Shown: positions 18,399 to 28,108 of the stretch, one piece after another
Layout of the letters: the number at the start of each line of letters is the position of its first letter
Numbering within the stretch: the stretch's first letter is position 1
Origin: an uncultured Victivallales bacterium
GTDB taxonomy: Bacteria > Verrucomicrobiota > Kiritimatiellia > UBA8416
Direction: 5' to 3'
Length of the DNA: 62,540 nucleotides
NCBI GenBank assembly: GCA_964598575.1
Contig: CAZRCN010000001.1
Location: 1 to 62,540 of the forward strand
The notes under the pieces: generated by a model
Databases searched by the model: none
Told to the model about the DNA's origin: nothing
The model's input: only the letters and a program-made list of their open reading frames with translations
Program-made: the position numbers and the translations under genes

Positions 18399-21083
18399 CT
18401 ATCGCAATACAGTCCGTTGTTCTTGCAATTTTGTCAGCTTGTCGGTGAGTTCCTGATGCGTTTTGCGAACATTCGCTACCACATCCGCCGGGGCTTTCTC
18501 GATAAATCCCTTATTTTCGAGTTTTCGGCTGGCGCCGGTCAAAAAACCTTCCACCTTGTGGATTTCCTCGTCGATGCGCTTACGCTCAGCTTCGAGGTCT
18601 ATCACGCCTTCCAATGGCAGATAGATCATGCCTAGCGGACTCAGCAACCCAGCCCGCGTCTGCTCCGGCGGCGGCTGCGAATCCACCCTGATCTTGCCCG
18701 CCCGCAAGGCGGCGCGCAACGCAGCCTCATCCGCCTGCAGGCGCTCGGCTGTCGCCACGTCGTCCGGCTTGATCACAAAGGAAATCGGCTGGTGCGGGGC
18801 AATCCCGTAATCAGCCCGCAATTGCCGCCCCAACCGGATCAGCTCGTGGCGGGCATCCACATACTCACCATCCGCCGCCTTCACTCCACACGCCTCCAGA
18901 TCCGCTTCCGCCTCAAGCTCTGGCCAGGGGGCCAGCAAAATGGGGTCGGACGCATCCCGGGCATACCCCATGGTATGCCAGAGTTCCTCTGTAACAAACG
19001 GCATCATCGGATGCAGCAACCGTAGTGCTCCCGCAAAACAATAATGCATGATTCGTAGCGTCTGCGTCCGTTCGGGGCTATCCGCGCCACTCAGGACCGT
19101 TTTGGCAAACTCGACATACCAATCACAGAACTGATGCCAGATAAACTCATAGAGCACTGCCGCCGCATCATTAAACCGGTAGCGGGACAAGTTCTGCGTA
19201 CAATCCCGAACCGCATCCTGATATCGCAGAAGAATGTGTGCATCATCCGGCGCAATCGCATCCGCTTCCAACACCAGTTCCCGCGCCCAATCGCCACAGG
19301 GTTGTCCCTCACTATGCAATTGTATGAAGCGCGCCGCATTCCAGATCTTGGTTCCGAAATTCCGCCCAATCTCAAATGTATCGCGCGACACATATACGTC
19401 CTGCCCCGTCGCCGTCAACATGATCAAGCTGAAGCGCAGGGCATCGGCACTCGTATCCGCAATAATCGAGAGCGGATCAATCGAATTGCCGAGACTCTTG
19501 CTCATTTTTCGTCCCTGATTATCCCGGACGGTCCCATGGATATACACCGTACGGAACGGTACCTCTCCCATGAATTCGATGCCGGCCATGACCATGCGAG
19601 CTACCCAGAAAAAGATAATCTCCGAGGCCGTCACCAGATCATGCGTCGGATAATAGGTTTGCAGGGCAGATGTCTGTTCCGGCCATCCCAGCGTGCTGAA
19701 GGGCCAGAGCCACGAGGAAAACCACGTATCCAGCACATCGGTTTCCTGCGACAGGTTCGCGCCCTTACAGGCCGGACACCTGTCCGGCTGCCCCTTGGCC
19801 GCCCACTCGTGCTGGCAATCCCCGCAGGTAAAGACCGGTATCCGGTGTCCCCACCAGATCTGCCGCGATATGCACCAGTCACGAATATTGACCATCCACT
19901 CCTGATACACTTTCGTCCACCGATTCGGCACAAACTCGACCCGGCCATCCTGTACGGCCGCCAGGGCTGGTTCCGCCAAGGGCTTCATCTTCACAAACCA
20001 TTGGGGCGACAGACGCGGCTCCACCACAGCATCACAGCGATAGCAATGCCCAACCGCATGGCTGTGCGGCTCAATCTTCTCAACCTGGCCTGCCGCCTCC
20101 AGATCAGCCATCAACTTCTTGCGACACGCAAACCGGTCCAGGCCGGCATAGGGACCAGCCACCTCATTCATACAGCCATCCCCATGCATTACATTGATAG
20201 GCTCCAGAGCATGCCGCTGGCCAATCTCAAAATCGTTTGGATCGTGGGCCGGGGTTACCTTCACAATGCCTGTGCCAAACTGCGGATCCACAAAATCGTC
20301 CTGCACGACCTGTAAGGCACGGCCCAATATGGGTAGCTCCACGACACACGACGCCAGGCCCTGATACCGCGGATCCTCCGGATGTACCGCCACTGCCACA
20401 TCGCCCAACAGCGTCTCCGGGCGCGTTGTGGCAACCGTTACATAATCCTTCCCGTCGGCCGTGGTCCCTTCCCGCAGCTTGTAGCGCAGGTAATACAAAT
20501 GCCCATCCGCATCCTGGTGCTCACTTTCCTCATCTGAGAGAGCCGTATGACAGCGCGGGCACCAGTTGATAATGTAGTTGGCCCGGTAGATCAGACCCTT
20601 CTCATAGAGCCGGACGAAAACCTCTGCCACCGCATCGCTCAGCCCCTCATCCATCGTGAAACGCTCATGCTCCCAATCACACGACGCCCCCAGCCGCTTC
20701 AACTGGCGGTTAATCGTGCCACCGTATTGCTCGCGCCAGGACCAGACCCGCTCCAGAAACGCCTCGCGTCCCAGATCCTCGCGCCCGATCCCTTCTTTCG
20801 CCAGCTCACGCTCCACCACATTCTGTGTGGCAATCCCCGCATGATCCGTGCCGTACACCCATAAGGCATTGCGTCCCTGCATCCGACGCCACCGCACCAG
20901 AATATCCTGAATCGTGTCATTCAGCGCATGTCCCATATGTAAGATCCCCGTCACATTCGGCGGCGGAATCATGACACAATACGGCTCTTTGTCGCTTTCC
21001 GGGGTTTGGGAAAAATACCCGTGCTCCATCCAGTGCCGCATCCACTTCTCTTCGATGGCATGCGGATCGTAATGCTTATCCAT
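18399..21083 (-). CDS. valS: Valine--tRNA ligase
   Basis: ATG at 21083 follows GGAGAT. HIGH-type PPNVTGILHMGHALN, KMSKS (GRKMSKSLGN), C-terminal coiled coil, 894 aa. Confidence 0.95.
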   Translation of the reverse strand: MDKHYDPHAIEEKWMRHWMEHGYFSQTPESDKEPYCVMIPPPNVTGILHMGHALNDTIQDILVRWRRMQGRNALWVYGTDHAGIATQNVVERELAKEGIGREDLGREAFLERVWSWREQYGGTINRQLKRLGASCDWEHERFTMDEGLSDAVAEVFVRLYEKGLIYRANYIINWCPRCHTALSDEESEHQDADGHLYYLRYKLREGTTADGKDYVTVATTRPETLLGDVAVAVHPEDPRYQGLASCVVELPILGRALQVVQDDFVDPQFGTGIVKVTPAHDPNDFEIGQRHALEPINVMHGDGCMNEVAGPYAGLDRFACRKKLMADLEAAGQVEKIEPHSHAVGHCYRCDAVVEPRLSPQWFVKMKPLAEPALAAVQDGRVEFVPNRWTKVYQEWMVNIRDWCISRQIWWGHRIPVFTCGDCQHEWAAKGQPDRCPACKGANLSQETDVLDTWFSSWLWPFSTLGWPEQTSALQTYYPTHDLVTASEIIFFWVARMVMAGIEFMGEVPFRTVYIHGTVRDNQGRKMSKSLGNSIDPLSIIADTSADALRFSLIMLTATGQDVYVSRDTFEIGRNFGTKIWNAARFIQLHSEGQPCGDWARELVLEADAIAPDDAHILLRYQDAVRDCTQNLSRYRFNDAAAVLYEFIWHQFCDWYVEFAKTVLSGADSPERTQTLRIMHYCFAGALRLLHPMMPFVTEELWHTMGYARDASDPILLAPWPELEAEADLEACGVKAADGEYVDARHELIRLGRQLRADYGIAPHQPISFVIKPDDVATAERLQADEAALRAALRAGKIRVDSQPPPEQTRAGLLSPLGMIYLPLEGVIDLEAERKRIDEEIHKVEGFLTGASRKLENKGFIEKAPADVVANVRKTHQELTDKLTKLQEQRTVLR

Positions 21084-21214
21084 GTCTCGTATCTCCCCGT
21101 CTAACATCCAAAAGCTGCATCTTGCCGATGTTCGCTGCCCTTGACAAGCCTAACCCTGGCCCAGGAGTTTCCGCAGTAAAAAAAATCAAAAATATCAGCG
21201 TATATTTGACGTCG

Positions 21215-21250
21215 AAAAAAGCCTTTACCCCAAAAAGGGAGGGGTTAGGC
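21215..21250 (-). terminator. Candidate intrinsic terminator ending the cimA/PHP transcription unit before valS
   Basis: Minus-strand RNA GCCUAACCCC-UCCCUUUUUG-GGGUAAAGGC forms ~9 bp with a small internal loop, followed by UUUUUU (plus-strand A6 at 21215-21220). Confidence 0.5.
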
Positions 21251-21396
21251 GTTAGGCTCTAGGCGTTAGCAACACGGTCCCGTACGTTTCATAAAGTTGC
21301 TTACCCCAGTGGTTTGTTAAGGATTGGAGACTTTTCAATGAGCGAAGGGATGTCAATTAGTAGCTAACGCCTAGCAAACTAATGCCTAATGCCTGA
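21245..21396. repeat. MITE-like imperfect inverted repeat built from AGGC(G/A)TTAG units around a 92-bp core
   Basis: Left arm TTAGGCGTTAGGCTCTAGGCGTTAGC (21245-21270). Right arm, read on the minus strand, TCAGGCATTAGGCATTAGTTTGCTAGGCGTTAGC (21363-21396). Perfect 12-bp core match between 21259-21270 and 21363-21374. Confidence 0.55.
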
Positions 21397-21422
21397 ATTT
21401 CCGCTACAGCGGAAATTCCTCT
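21370..21422. repeat. Dispersed repeat, copy 2 (identical to 1..53)
   Basis: 53/53 identity with 1..53. Hairpin arms at 21395-21404 and 21409-21418. It lies 22 nt downstream of the PHP-gene stop on the minus strand. Confidence 0.9.
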
Positions 21423-21443
21423 GGCCAATCCCGCCGCGCCAAG

Positions 21444-22748
21444 CTACAGCAGGTGCGTGACCCTCTCGGGGCAGGTGTTGTCGATCCTACGCCCGATACC
21501 CGCATAGTATGCCACCCGGTCCTGCAGCGTGCCAAACGTCATGCTGTTCTCCGGATGAAACATTCCGAGTTCCGGCGATACTGCCGCCAACTTCTCGTGC
21601 GCAATCAGAGCCCAGGCCGCATCCGTAAGATGACGGAATGCCGGCTCCAGCAGAATCGGACAATTGAAGCTCTGGCGCGAGCTGTTGATATCCACACCGC
21701 TGATCTCCATCAGCGCATGATCCCGGCATAATCGCTGCAAGCGCATTAATTGCGCCTGGGTGTTGCGCGGCGGCATGTACGTTATGGCTTTAAATCCCAT
21801 ACGCTTGAGCTCAGGCACAAACATATCCAGAAAATCGTCCTCGAATTTTTCGGCTTTCTTATCCCCCGTCGGCGATTCGCCGACATCCCCCAGATAGGCA
21901 TACGCGGGAATGGCGCCAACCGCATTGCCAAAATCAACGGCCGTGCGAACATTCACGCACTCAGCCTTGCTCGATTTGATAAAGAAAAGCGGCACCAACG
22001 CCGACTTGAAAACCCCCAGCAGATCATACGCATAATGCGGATTATCCACATCCTGCAGCATCTCCTTGAGCTTTGTGGGAATGGGGATACGCATTTGTTG
22101 TTCAACAAATCGAAGCAAGTCCGGCCCTTTACCGTGAGCTGCCATAAGTTTACGAGCCAGGGCATAGAGAATATGGCGTTCCGTAATGGAGCCGCCCTGT
22201 TCCGCATGCGAAATCGCCATGACGTCTGCATCGAAATCCAGCGTGGGGGCATGCAAGCCCTCCAGCACAGTGTTGAGTTGCTCCACTTCCTGCCGGTCAC
22301 GGGCAATCCGCGCCTCGTGAATCGGTTGCAGGAAGGCGGCAACATCCGCGAACCGGTCACGGGGAATGCCATGCAAGGCAATATAACTGACATTCGGCTC
22401 ATCCGGATTGTTCGTCTTGCGGCCCGCAACCTGCGTGCCATCCATATTCACCCGGATCTCGCAGCCCGCCGTGCAGGCTATATCGACCGCCTTCGCCGCC
22501 TCCAGCATTTCCTCGCAGCCGGCAACCGAATCATGATCCATGATACCAACCGTTTGCAAACCGGCCTGCGCCGCCTTGACCGCAACCATGGTGGGACTAT
22601 AGGGACTGAACGAATAGATCGTGTGGACATGGTTGTTCACCTCATCGGTAGCCACCACCCCATCCTTAACAGATGTACCCAGCGCACGCACCGCGTCTAA
22701 ACGTTCCTCAACCGACCCCGCATCTAGATCTCGATGTATCACAAACAC
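21444..22748 (-). CDS. PHP (polymerase/histidinol-phosphatase) domain metal-dependent phosphoesterase, function unknown
   Basis: NNHVHTIYSFS...GIMDHDSVAG N-terminal His-rich PHP motifs. GTG start 7 nt after the cimA stop. Confidence 0.55.
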   Translation of the reverse strand: MFVIHRDLDAGSVEERLDAVRALGTSVKDGVVATDEVNNHVHTIYSFSPYSPTMVAVKAAQAGLQTVGIMDHDSVAGCEEMLEAAKAVDIACTAGCEIRVNMDGTQVAGRKTNNPDEPNVSYIALHGIPRDRFADVAAFLQPIHEARIARDRQEVEQLNTVLEGLHAPTLDFDADVMAISHAEQGGSITERHILYALARKLMAAHGKGPDLLRFVEQQMRIPIPTKLKEMLQDVDNPHYAYDLLGVFKSALVPLFFIKSSKAECVNVRTAVDFGNAVGAIPAYAYLGDVGESPTGDKKAEKFEDDFLDMFVPELKRMGFKAITYMPPRNTQAQLMRLQRLCRDHALMEISGVDINSSRQSFNCPILLEPAFRHLTDAAWALIAHEKLAAVSPELGMFHPENSMTFGTLQDRVAYYAGIGRRIDNTCPERVTHLL

Positions 22749-22754
22749 CTCTCT

Positions 22755-24359
22755 TTACGTACGGCCTACTCGCGACCGTCCGTTCTGCTGCTGTTCTTGC
22801 TGGAAGATCTTGTACTCGACGCTGTCGAGCAGGGCCTGCCAGGAGGCTTCGATAATGTTTTCCGATACGCCGACGGTGCCCCAGGTGTGCTTGCCATCGC
22901 CAGACTCGATCTGTACGCGGGTCGTGGCGGCGGTTGCCTCCTGCGGATCGAGAATGCGTACCCGGAAGTCCACAAGCTGCACTTTCGCAATTTCCGGGAA
23001 AAACGGGCTCAGCGCCTTTCGCAGGGCACCGTCCAGGGCATTGACGGGGCCATCCCCTTCGGCCACGGTATGCGCAACCGTATCCTTGACCCGCACTTTT
23101 ACGGTTGCTTCCGAAATGCAGGGCTCATTTGCACCGCGTTTTTCCACAACAACCCGGAAGCCTTCCAGCTCAAAGAAGGGCTTGTGCTTCTTGAGGACCT
23201 TTTGCACAAGAATCCGGAACGAGGCATCAGCAGATTCAAAGGCATACCCTTTGTGTTCCAGTGCTTTCAGCTCCTTCAGAATGGCGGCGGTCTCCTCCTT
23301 GCTGGCAGCCCCACCACCAACTTCCTGGGCCTTGAGTAAGATGCTGCTGCCACCCGAAACCTCGGATACCAGCACATGCCGCTCGTTTCCAACCTGCTCG
23401 GGCTTGATATGCTCGAAGGTTTCCGGGTTCTTCTGTACGGCATTCACATGCGCCCCACCCTTGTGACTGAAGGCGGCATGCCCCACAAAGGGCGAGCGGA
23501 TATCGGGGCGTATATTGACAAGATCATCCACAAAGAGCGATAAATCACGCAGGTGTCGCAGCTTACGGCCATCCACGCAAGACAGGCCCATCTTGAGCTG
23601 CAGCGCCGGCATGATCGTTGTCAGGTTTGCATTTCCACAACGCTCACCGTATCCATTCATGGTCCCCTGCACGTGGGAGGCACCCGCACGGACCGCCTCC
23701 AGGGCATTGGCTACACCGGTTCCGCCATCATTATGCGTGTGAATCCCTATCTCAGCCTGTATCGTGCCTTGCATCTTTTCCATGATACCAGCAATTTCGT
23801 GCGGCAGGCATCCGCCATTCGTGTCGCAGAGCACCAGCACATCCGCACCGGCACGCTCGGCCGCCCGCAGTACAGCTACCGCATAGTCCGGATCGTGCTT
23901 GTAGCCGTCAAAAAAGTGCTCGGCATCAAAAATAACCTCTTTCCCCTTTTCTTTCAAAAAGGCTACGGTATCCGATACCATGGCAAGATTTTCCGCAGGG
24001 CTTGTGCGCAGGACATCTTTGACATGCAGCTTCCAGCTTTTGCCGTATATCGTCACCACCGGCGTCTCGGCCCGCAAGAGGCCCTGCACGATCGGGTCAG
24101 CTTTGACATGCGTCTTAACGCGCCGCGTACTGCCAAAAGCCGCAATTTTGGCATGCCGGAATTCTTCCTGGCGGGCTGCCTCGAAAAACGCCATGTCCTT
24201 GGGGTTTGACCCCGGGAAGCCACCTTCGATATAGTCCACCCCAAAGGCATCCAGGCGCCGCGCAAGCAACAGCTTGCCAACGGACGAAAAGGAGATGCCC
24301 TCGGCCTGTGCCCCATCGCGCAGCGTCGTATCGTATATCGCAATCTTGCGCTTTTTCAT
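22755..24359 (-). CDS. cimA: (R)-citramalate synthase (LeuA/CimA family, long form)
   Basis: IYDTTLRDGAQAEGISF, GGFPGSNPKD, IAAFGSTRR, HTHNDGGTGVAN, GERCGNANL, and a C-terminal regulatory domain ending ..WGTVGVSENIIEASWQALLDSVEYK. Close to my recollection of Geobacter CimA. Confidence 0.75.
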   Translation of the reverse strand: MKKRKIAIYDTTLRDGAQAEGISFSSVGKLLLARRLDAFGVDYIEGGFPGSNPKDMAFFEAARQEEFRHAKIAAFGSTRRVKTHVKADPIVQGLLRAETPVVTIYGKSWKLHVKDVLRTSPAENLAMVSDTVAFLKEKGKEVIFDAEHFFDGYKHDPDYAVAVLRAAERAGADVLVLCDTNGGCLPHEIAGIMEKMQGTIQAEIGIHTHNDGGTGVANALEAVRAGASHVQGTMNGYGERCGNANLTTIMPALQLKMGLSCVDGRKLRHLRDLSLFVDDLVNIRPDIRSPFVGHAAFSHKGGAHVNAVQKNPETFEHIKPEQVGNERHVLVSEVSGGSSILLKAQEVGGGAASKEETAAILKELKALEHKGYAFESADASFRILVQKVLKKHKPFFELEGFRVVVEKRGANEPCISEATVKVRVKDTVAHTVAEGDGPVNALDGALRKALSPFFPEIAKVQLVDFRVRILDPQEATAATTRVQIESGDGKHTWGTVGVSENIIEASWQALLDSVEYKIFQQEQQQNGRSRVGRT

Positions 24360-24371
24360 GTTTGCTCCTAC

Positions 24372-25757
24372 TCAGTCCGCGATGCCATGCTGGAACATGG
24401 CCCCCTCCCCGAAAAACACGTGGTACAGTGCTCGCACGGCGCGCTCCACATCTGCGGCTTTCACCCCGAACATCATACTGATTTCGGAAGATCCCTGGTT
24501 GATCATCTCAATATTCACATCAGCATCCGCAAAGGCCTTGGTGGCTTCCTCGGCAATACCTACCGTGTAGCGCATGCCTTCGCCTACCACCATGATCAGC
24601 GCTTCGCCCCGCACTACGCCCAGGGTATCGACATCCAGCTCCGCCTCGATCCGCCGGCATACGGCCTTCTCGATCTCTGGCGAAAACGACTCCTCGCTGA
24701 CGATAACAGACATATTATCAATGCCGGACGGTGTATGCTCGTACGAGACACCCTCCTCCTCGAAAATCTGTAGCAGCCGGCGCCCAAACCCGACTTCACG
24801 GTTCATCAGGAACTTACTGATGTGAACCGTACAGAAGCCCGAGCTCGCAGCAATGCCCACAACCCGGCTGCAGTCCGCGCTCAGGTGCTGGGGCACAATC
24901 CTTGTGCCGGGTGCTTCCGGCGCATTCGTGTTCTTGATGCAAATCGGAATGCCTGCTCGCACCGCCGGCACAATCGCCTCATCATGCAGCACATTGAAAC
25001 CCGCATACGCTAACTCCCGCATCTCGCGAAACGTGATCTCGCACACGGCCAGGGGGGATTCCACCACGCGCGGGTCAGCGCAAAACACGGCATCCACATC
25101 CGTAAAATTCTCGTAGCATTCGGCACCGACGGCTGCCGCCAGAATGGCCCCGGTTATATCGGATCCGCCGCGCGAGAAGGTAACGATCTCGCCATCGGGC
25201 GTACACCCGAAAAACCCGGGGACGACCATGATGCCAGGCTGATCGCGCAAGCGGCCCAGCTTGTCCATCGCACCCGGCAGCAAACGTGCATGCCCATACT
25301 CGGCCGTAACCTCTAGACCGGCAGCCCCCGGATTTACATAGGCGGCATCCAGCCCCATCTTGCGCAAGGCACCGGCCACAACCCGCGCACAATTATCTTC
25401 CCCGGCCGCCTTCACGGCATCCAGATAACGCCCCGCATGTTCCGTTGAGCCTCCTACAACGTCGCGCAGCGCCTGCGCAATGTCACGGATGACCCCCTCT
25501 TCGATCTCCAGCTCCGCACAAATGCCTTCATAGCGAACGATGACCGGATCGAGCAGCGTTTCCCAGGCCACACCCGCCAAACGTGCCTCCGCACACTTGA
25601 TCAGCATGTCCGTGACTTTCTCGTCCTCCGCCACCCGACGGCCCGGCGCGGATACCACCACAATCTTACGATCGGGATCCGCATGCACGATTTCACAGAC
25701 TTTTTGGATCTGCGCACTGGAAGCAACCGAGCTGCCGCCAAACTTACATACTTTCAT
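24372..25757 (-). CDS. lysC: Aspartate kinase
   Basis: ATG at 25757 lies directly after the hom stop (TAG 25759-25761), with GGAGGAG upstream. MKVCKFGGSSVAS, VVVSAPG, C-terminal ACT-like repeats. Confidence 0.85.
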   Translation of the reverse strand: MKVCKFGGSSVASSAQIQKVCEIVHADPDRKIVVVSAPGRRVAEDEKVTDMLIKCAEARLAGVAWETLLDPVIVRYEGICAELEIEEGVIRDIAQALRDVVGGSTEHAGRYLDAVKAAGEDNCARVVAGALRKMGLDAAYVNPGAAGLEVTAEYGHARLLPGAMDKLGRLRDQPGIMVVPGFFGCTPDGEIVTFSRGGSDITGAILAAAVGAECYENFTDVDAVFCADPRVVESPLAVCEITFREMRELAYAGFNVLHDEAIVPAVRAGIPICIKNTNAPEAPGTRIVPQHLSADCSRVVGIAASSGFCTVHISKFLMNREVGFGRRLLQIFEEEGVSYEHTPSGIDNMSVIVSEESFSPEIEKAVCRRIEAELDVDTLGVVRGEALIMVVGEGMRYTVGIAEEATKAFADADVNIEMINQGSSEISMMFGVKAADVERAVRALYHVFFGEGAMFQHGIAD

Positions 25758-25758
25758 G

Positions 25759-27075
25759 CTAACACTCCTCCTGGATTTCCTTGCGGGACGCAATACGCAG
25801 CCGTACCGTTTCACCCTGTACGGATGGCAGCTCATCCATAGCCGCCAAGGCTGCATTCATATCTGCTTCGCGGGCCTCATGTGTCGTAATCACCACCCGG
25901 GATAACCCGCTTGCATCAGCCCGGTCCTGCAGGACCGAGGCAATACTGATGCCCTGCTCCCCCAACGCGCCGGTAATTTGTGCCAGCACCCCCGGACGAT
26001 CCTCGGCCGCCAAGCGTATATAGTAGCTGGTCCGCACTTCGTCCATCGGTTTAATGCCCGGATTCTCGCCCGTCGGCGGCAAGGCCGGCACCCGCTGCCG
26101 CACGCCCAAAGCCAGATTTCGTACGGCATCGGCAATATCCGCCAGCACCGTGCTGGCGGTTGGCCTCTGGCCCGCCCCACGTCCGTAATACAGGGTACGA
26201 TCCGCCAGATCCGACTCCACGAGTACAGCATTAAAAACCCCGCTCACGGATGCCAGCATGGAATCTTTCGGCACCAGGGCCGGGCTCACCCGGACTTCCA
26301 CCGACGCATCGCTACGTGCAATCACCGCCAGCAACTTGATCCGGTAGCCCAGTTCGGCGGCACATTCCACATCTGTACGCGCCAGATCCCGAATGCCCTC
26401 GACGCTCACCTGCCCCAGATCCAACGCCACCCCATAGGCCAGGGAGGCCAGAATCACAGCTTTATGTGCCGTGTCCAGCCCATCGACGTCCAGCGAGGGA
26501 TCGGCTTCGGCAAACCCCTGCATCTGGGCTTCGGCCAGTGCCGTTTCAAACGGCAAGTCTTCCGCCTCCATCCGGGTCAGGATATAGTTGCAGGTCCCAT
26601 TCAATATGCCCTGCATCCGTGTAATGCGGTTGCCAACCAATCCTTCGCGCACAGCCCGGATGATCGGAATCCCGCCTCCCACACTCGCGCCAAAGTATAA
26701 ATCCGTCCCCGTCTCGCGCGCTAGGGCATAGAGCTCAGGCCCGTGTTCTGCCAACAGCTTCTTGTTGGCTGTGACAACCGGCTTACCGGCCTTCAAGGCA
26801 TCTTTAACCAGCGCAAAAGCAATGCCGGTCCCCCCGATTAACTCTACAATCACCTGTATGTCCGGAGAGGCAATCAGGCTATGCGCATCCGTCGTCAAGC
26901 GCTCCGCGGGCAGTTCCACGCCGCGATCTGTCTCAATATCCAGATCTGCCACGGCACGCAGCTCGGCCTGCACGCCCAGACGCTGACTCAGGAGCCAGCC
27001 GTTCTGCAACAACCCCTGCACGACCCCGGTGCCAACGGTACCAAACCCTAATACACCAATGCCTACACTCTGCAT
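25759..27075 (-). CDS. hom: Homoserine dehydrogenase
   Basis: IGVLGFGTVGTGV, VVTANKKLLA, C-terminal ACT domain (YYIRLAAEDRPGVLAQITGALGEQGISI). Confidence 0.9.
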   Translation of the reverse strand: MQSVGIGVLGFGTVGTGVVQGLLQNGWLLSQRLGVQAELRAVADLDIETDRGVELPAERLTTDAHSLIASPDIQVIVELIGGTGIAFALVKDALKAGKPVVTANKKLLAEHGPELYALARETGTDLYFGASVGGGIPIIRAVREGLVGNRITRMQGILNGTCNYILTRMEAEDLPFETALAEAQMQGFAEADPSLDVDGLDTAHKAVILASLAYGVALDLGQVSVEGIRDLARTDVECAAELGYRIKLLAVIARSDASVEVRVSPALVPKDSMLASVSGVFNAVLVESDLADRTLYYGRGAGQRPTASTVLADIADAVRNLALGVRQRVPALPPTGENPGIKPMDEVRTSYYIRLAAEDRPGVLAQITGALGEQGISIASVLQDRADASGLSRVVITTHEAREADMNAALAAMDELPSVQGETVRLRIASRKEIQEEC

Positions 27076-28017
27076 CTACCTATCCTTCCAAGCTTCCCAC
27101 CAGGTGCGGAACAAACGCCACTGTGCTTCAAGAAACGCACGCTGGCTCGAGGTCAGTGTATCGGTCGGCTCAATCGGATAAGCATATTCCGGATGCCCCT
27201 CTAGCACCATCAAGTGCTTGTAGTAGAGTACCAGATCCGGACCGACATCAAAGCGGGTCAGGACGGCAAGGGCATCCCGCAGCTCTGCGGCCCGCACACG
27301 GGCTTGCGCATCTCCAGCGGCAGCACGCTTACACAAATCAATCAAATGGAGTACTTCGTGCGGCAACGCATTCCCTACCCCCGTAATGGCACCCGAAGCA
27401 CCACAATGGATGTAACCGTGATATACTTGTGTATCCAGCCCCACAACCAATGGCAGTTCCGGCTTATCCGACGTAATATATTCAGCCGCATAGGTAAGGG
27501 CCTCCGCACCGCCAAATTCCTTGAAACCGACCAGATTTGGATGCTTCTCGCACAGCGCAAAAAAGACATCGGCCTTGGTCTGGTAACCATACACGGGACT
27601 GTTATAGATGACAGCCGGCAGGTGAGGTGCCGCCTGCAGCAAGGCCGCGAAGTGCTGTAGCTGTGCATCCTTGCAGGGACCACGCGAGAGCACCCGCGGA
27701 ATAAGCATAAGCCCGGCCGCCCCCACCTTGGCAGCATGCTCTGCATGCGCTACCGCCTGCCGCGGGCTCTGGGCACCCGTACCGACCACAACCGGCACAC
27801 CGGCCTCTGTCAGCAAACGCACGCCCTCCATACGCTGTTCATCTGTAAGGAGCGGCCACTCCCCCATCGAACCACAATACACCACCGCCGACATGCCGGC
27901 ATCCATCAGTTCCTTGCCGGTACGCACCATGGTATCAAACTGCGGCTCTCCTTTAGCGGTACAAGGCGTCATCAACGCCGGCATACAACCAAAATATACC
28001 TCATTCTGTATCTTCAT
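27076..28017 (-). CDS. DHDPS/NAL-family (DapA-like) lyase or dehydratase; specificity not assignable
   Basis: ATG at 28017; the longer ORF-track start has no support. MPALMTPCT, GSMGEWPLLTDEQR, GFKEFGG (Schiff-base Lys region). The stop abuts the hom start with a 0-nt gap. Confidence 0.55.
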   Translation of the reverse strand: MKIQNEVYFGCMPALMTPCTAKGEPQFDTMVRTGKELMDAGMSAVVYCGSMGEWPLLTDEQRMEGVRLLTEAGVPVVVGTGAQSPRQAVAHAEHAAKVGAAGLMLIPRVLSRGPCKDAQLQHFAALLQAAPHLPAVIYNSPVYGYQTKADVFFALCEKHPNLVGFKEFGGAEALTYAAEYITSDKPELPLVVGLDTQVYHGYIHCGASGAITGVGNALPHEVLHLIDLCKRAAAGDAQARVRAAELRDALAVLTRFDVGPDLVLYYKHLMVLEGHPEYAYPIEPTDTLTSSQRAFLEAQWRLFRTWWEAWKDR

Positions 28018-28108
28018 ACTTTTCTCTTTCTTCTCGCATTCGCTTGCGCGGCCGTTGCGCCAATAAGCAACGGCCGCAATCCCGCCGGCCGGGTGGCCGC
28101 CTGTATCG

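Noticed and set aside
21338-21367. A nine-codon mini-ORF (MSEGMSISS) with GGAG 8 nt upstream, inside the MITE-like element.
   Set aside because: It lies on the plus strand between two minus-strand genes. It is too short to evaluate and there is no attenuator-like logic around it. It is probably fortuitous.
21381-21396. The tandem CTAATGCCTAATGCC units and the TAGGCGTTAG duplicates, considered as a possible CRISPR or other array.
   Set aside because: There are only two or three short, degenerate units with no spacers of regular length. This fits the arms of an inverted-repeat element instead.
27076-28017. Annotation as authentic dapA because it abuts hom and the aspartate kinase gene.
   Set aside because: Its motif and its neighbour (a KGSADH-like dehydrogenase) point to a catabolic DHDPS-family member. 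It is left unassigned.
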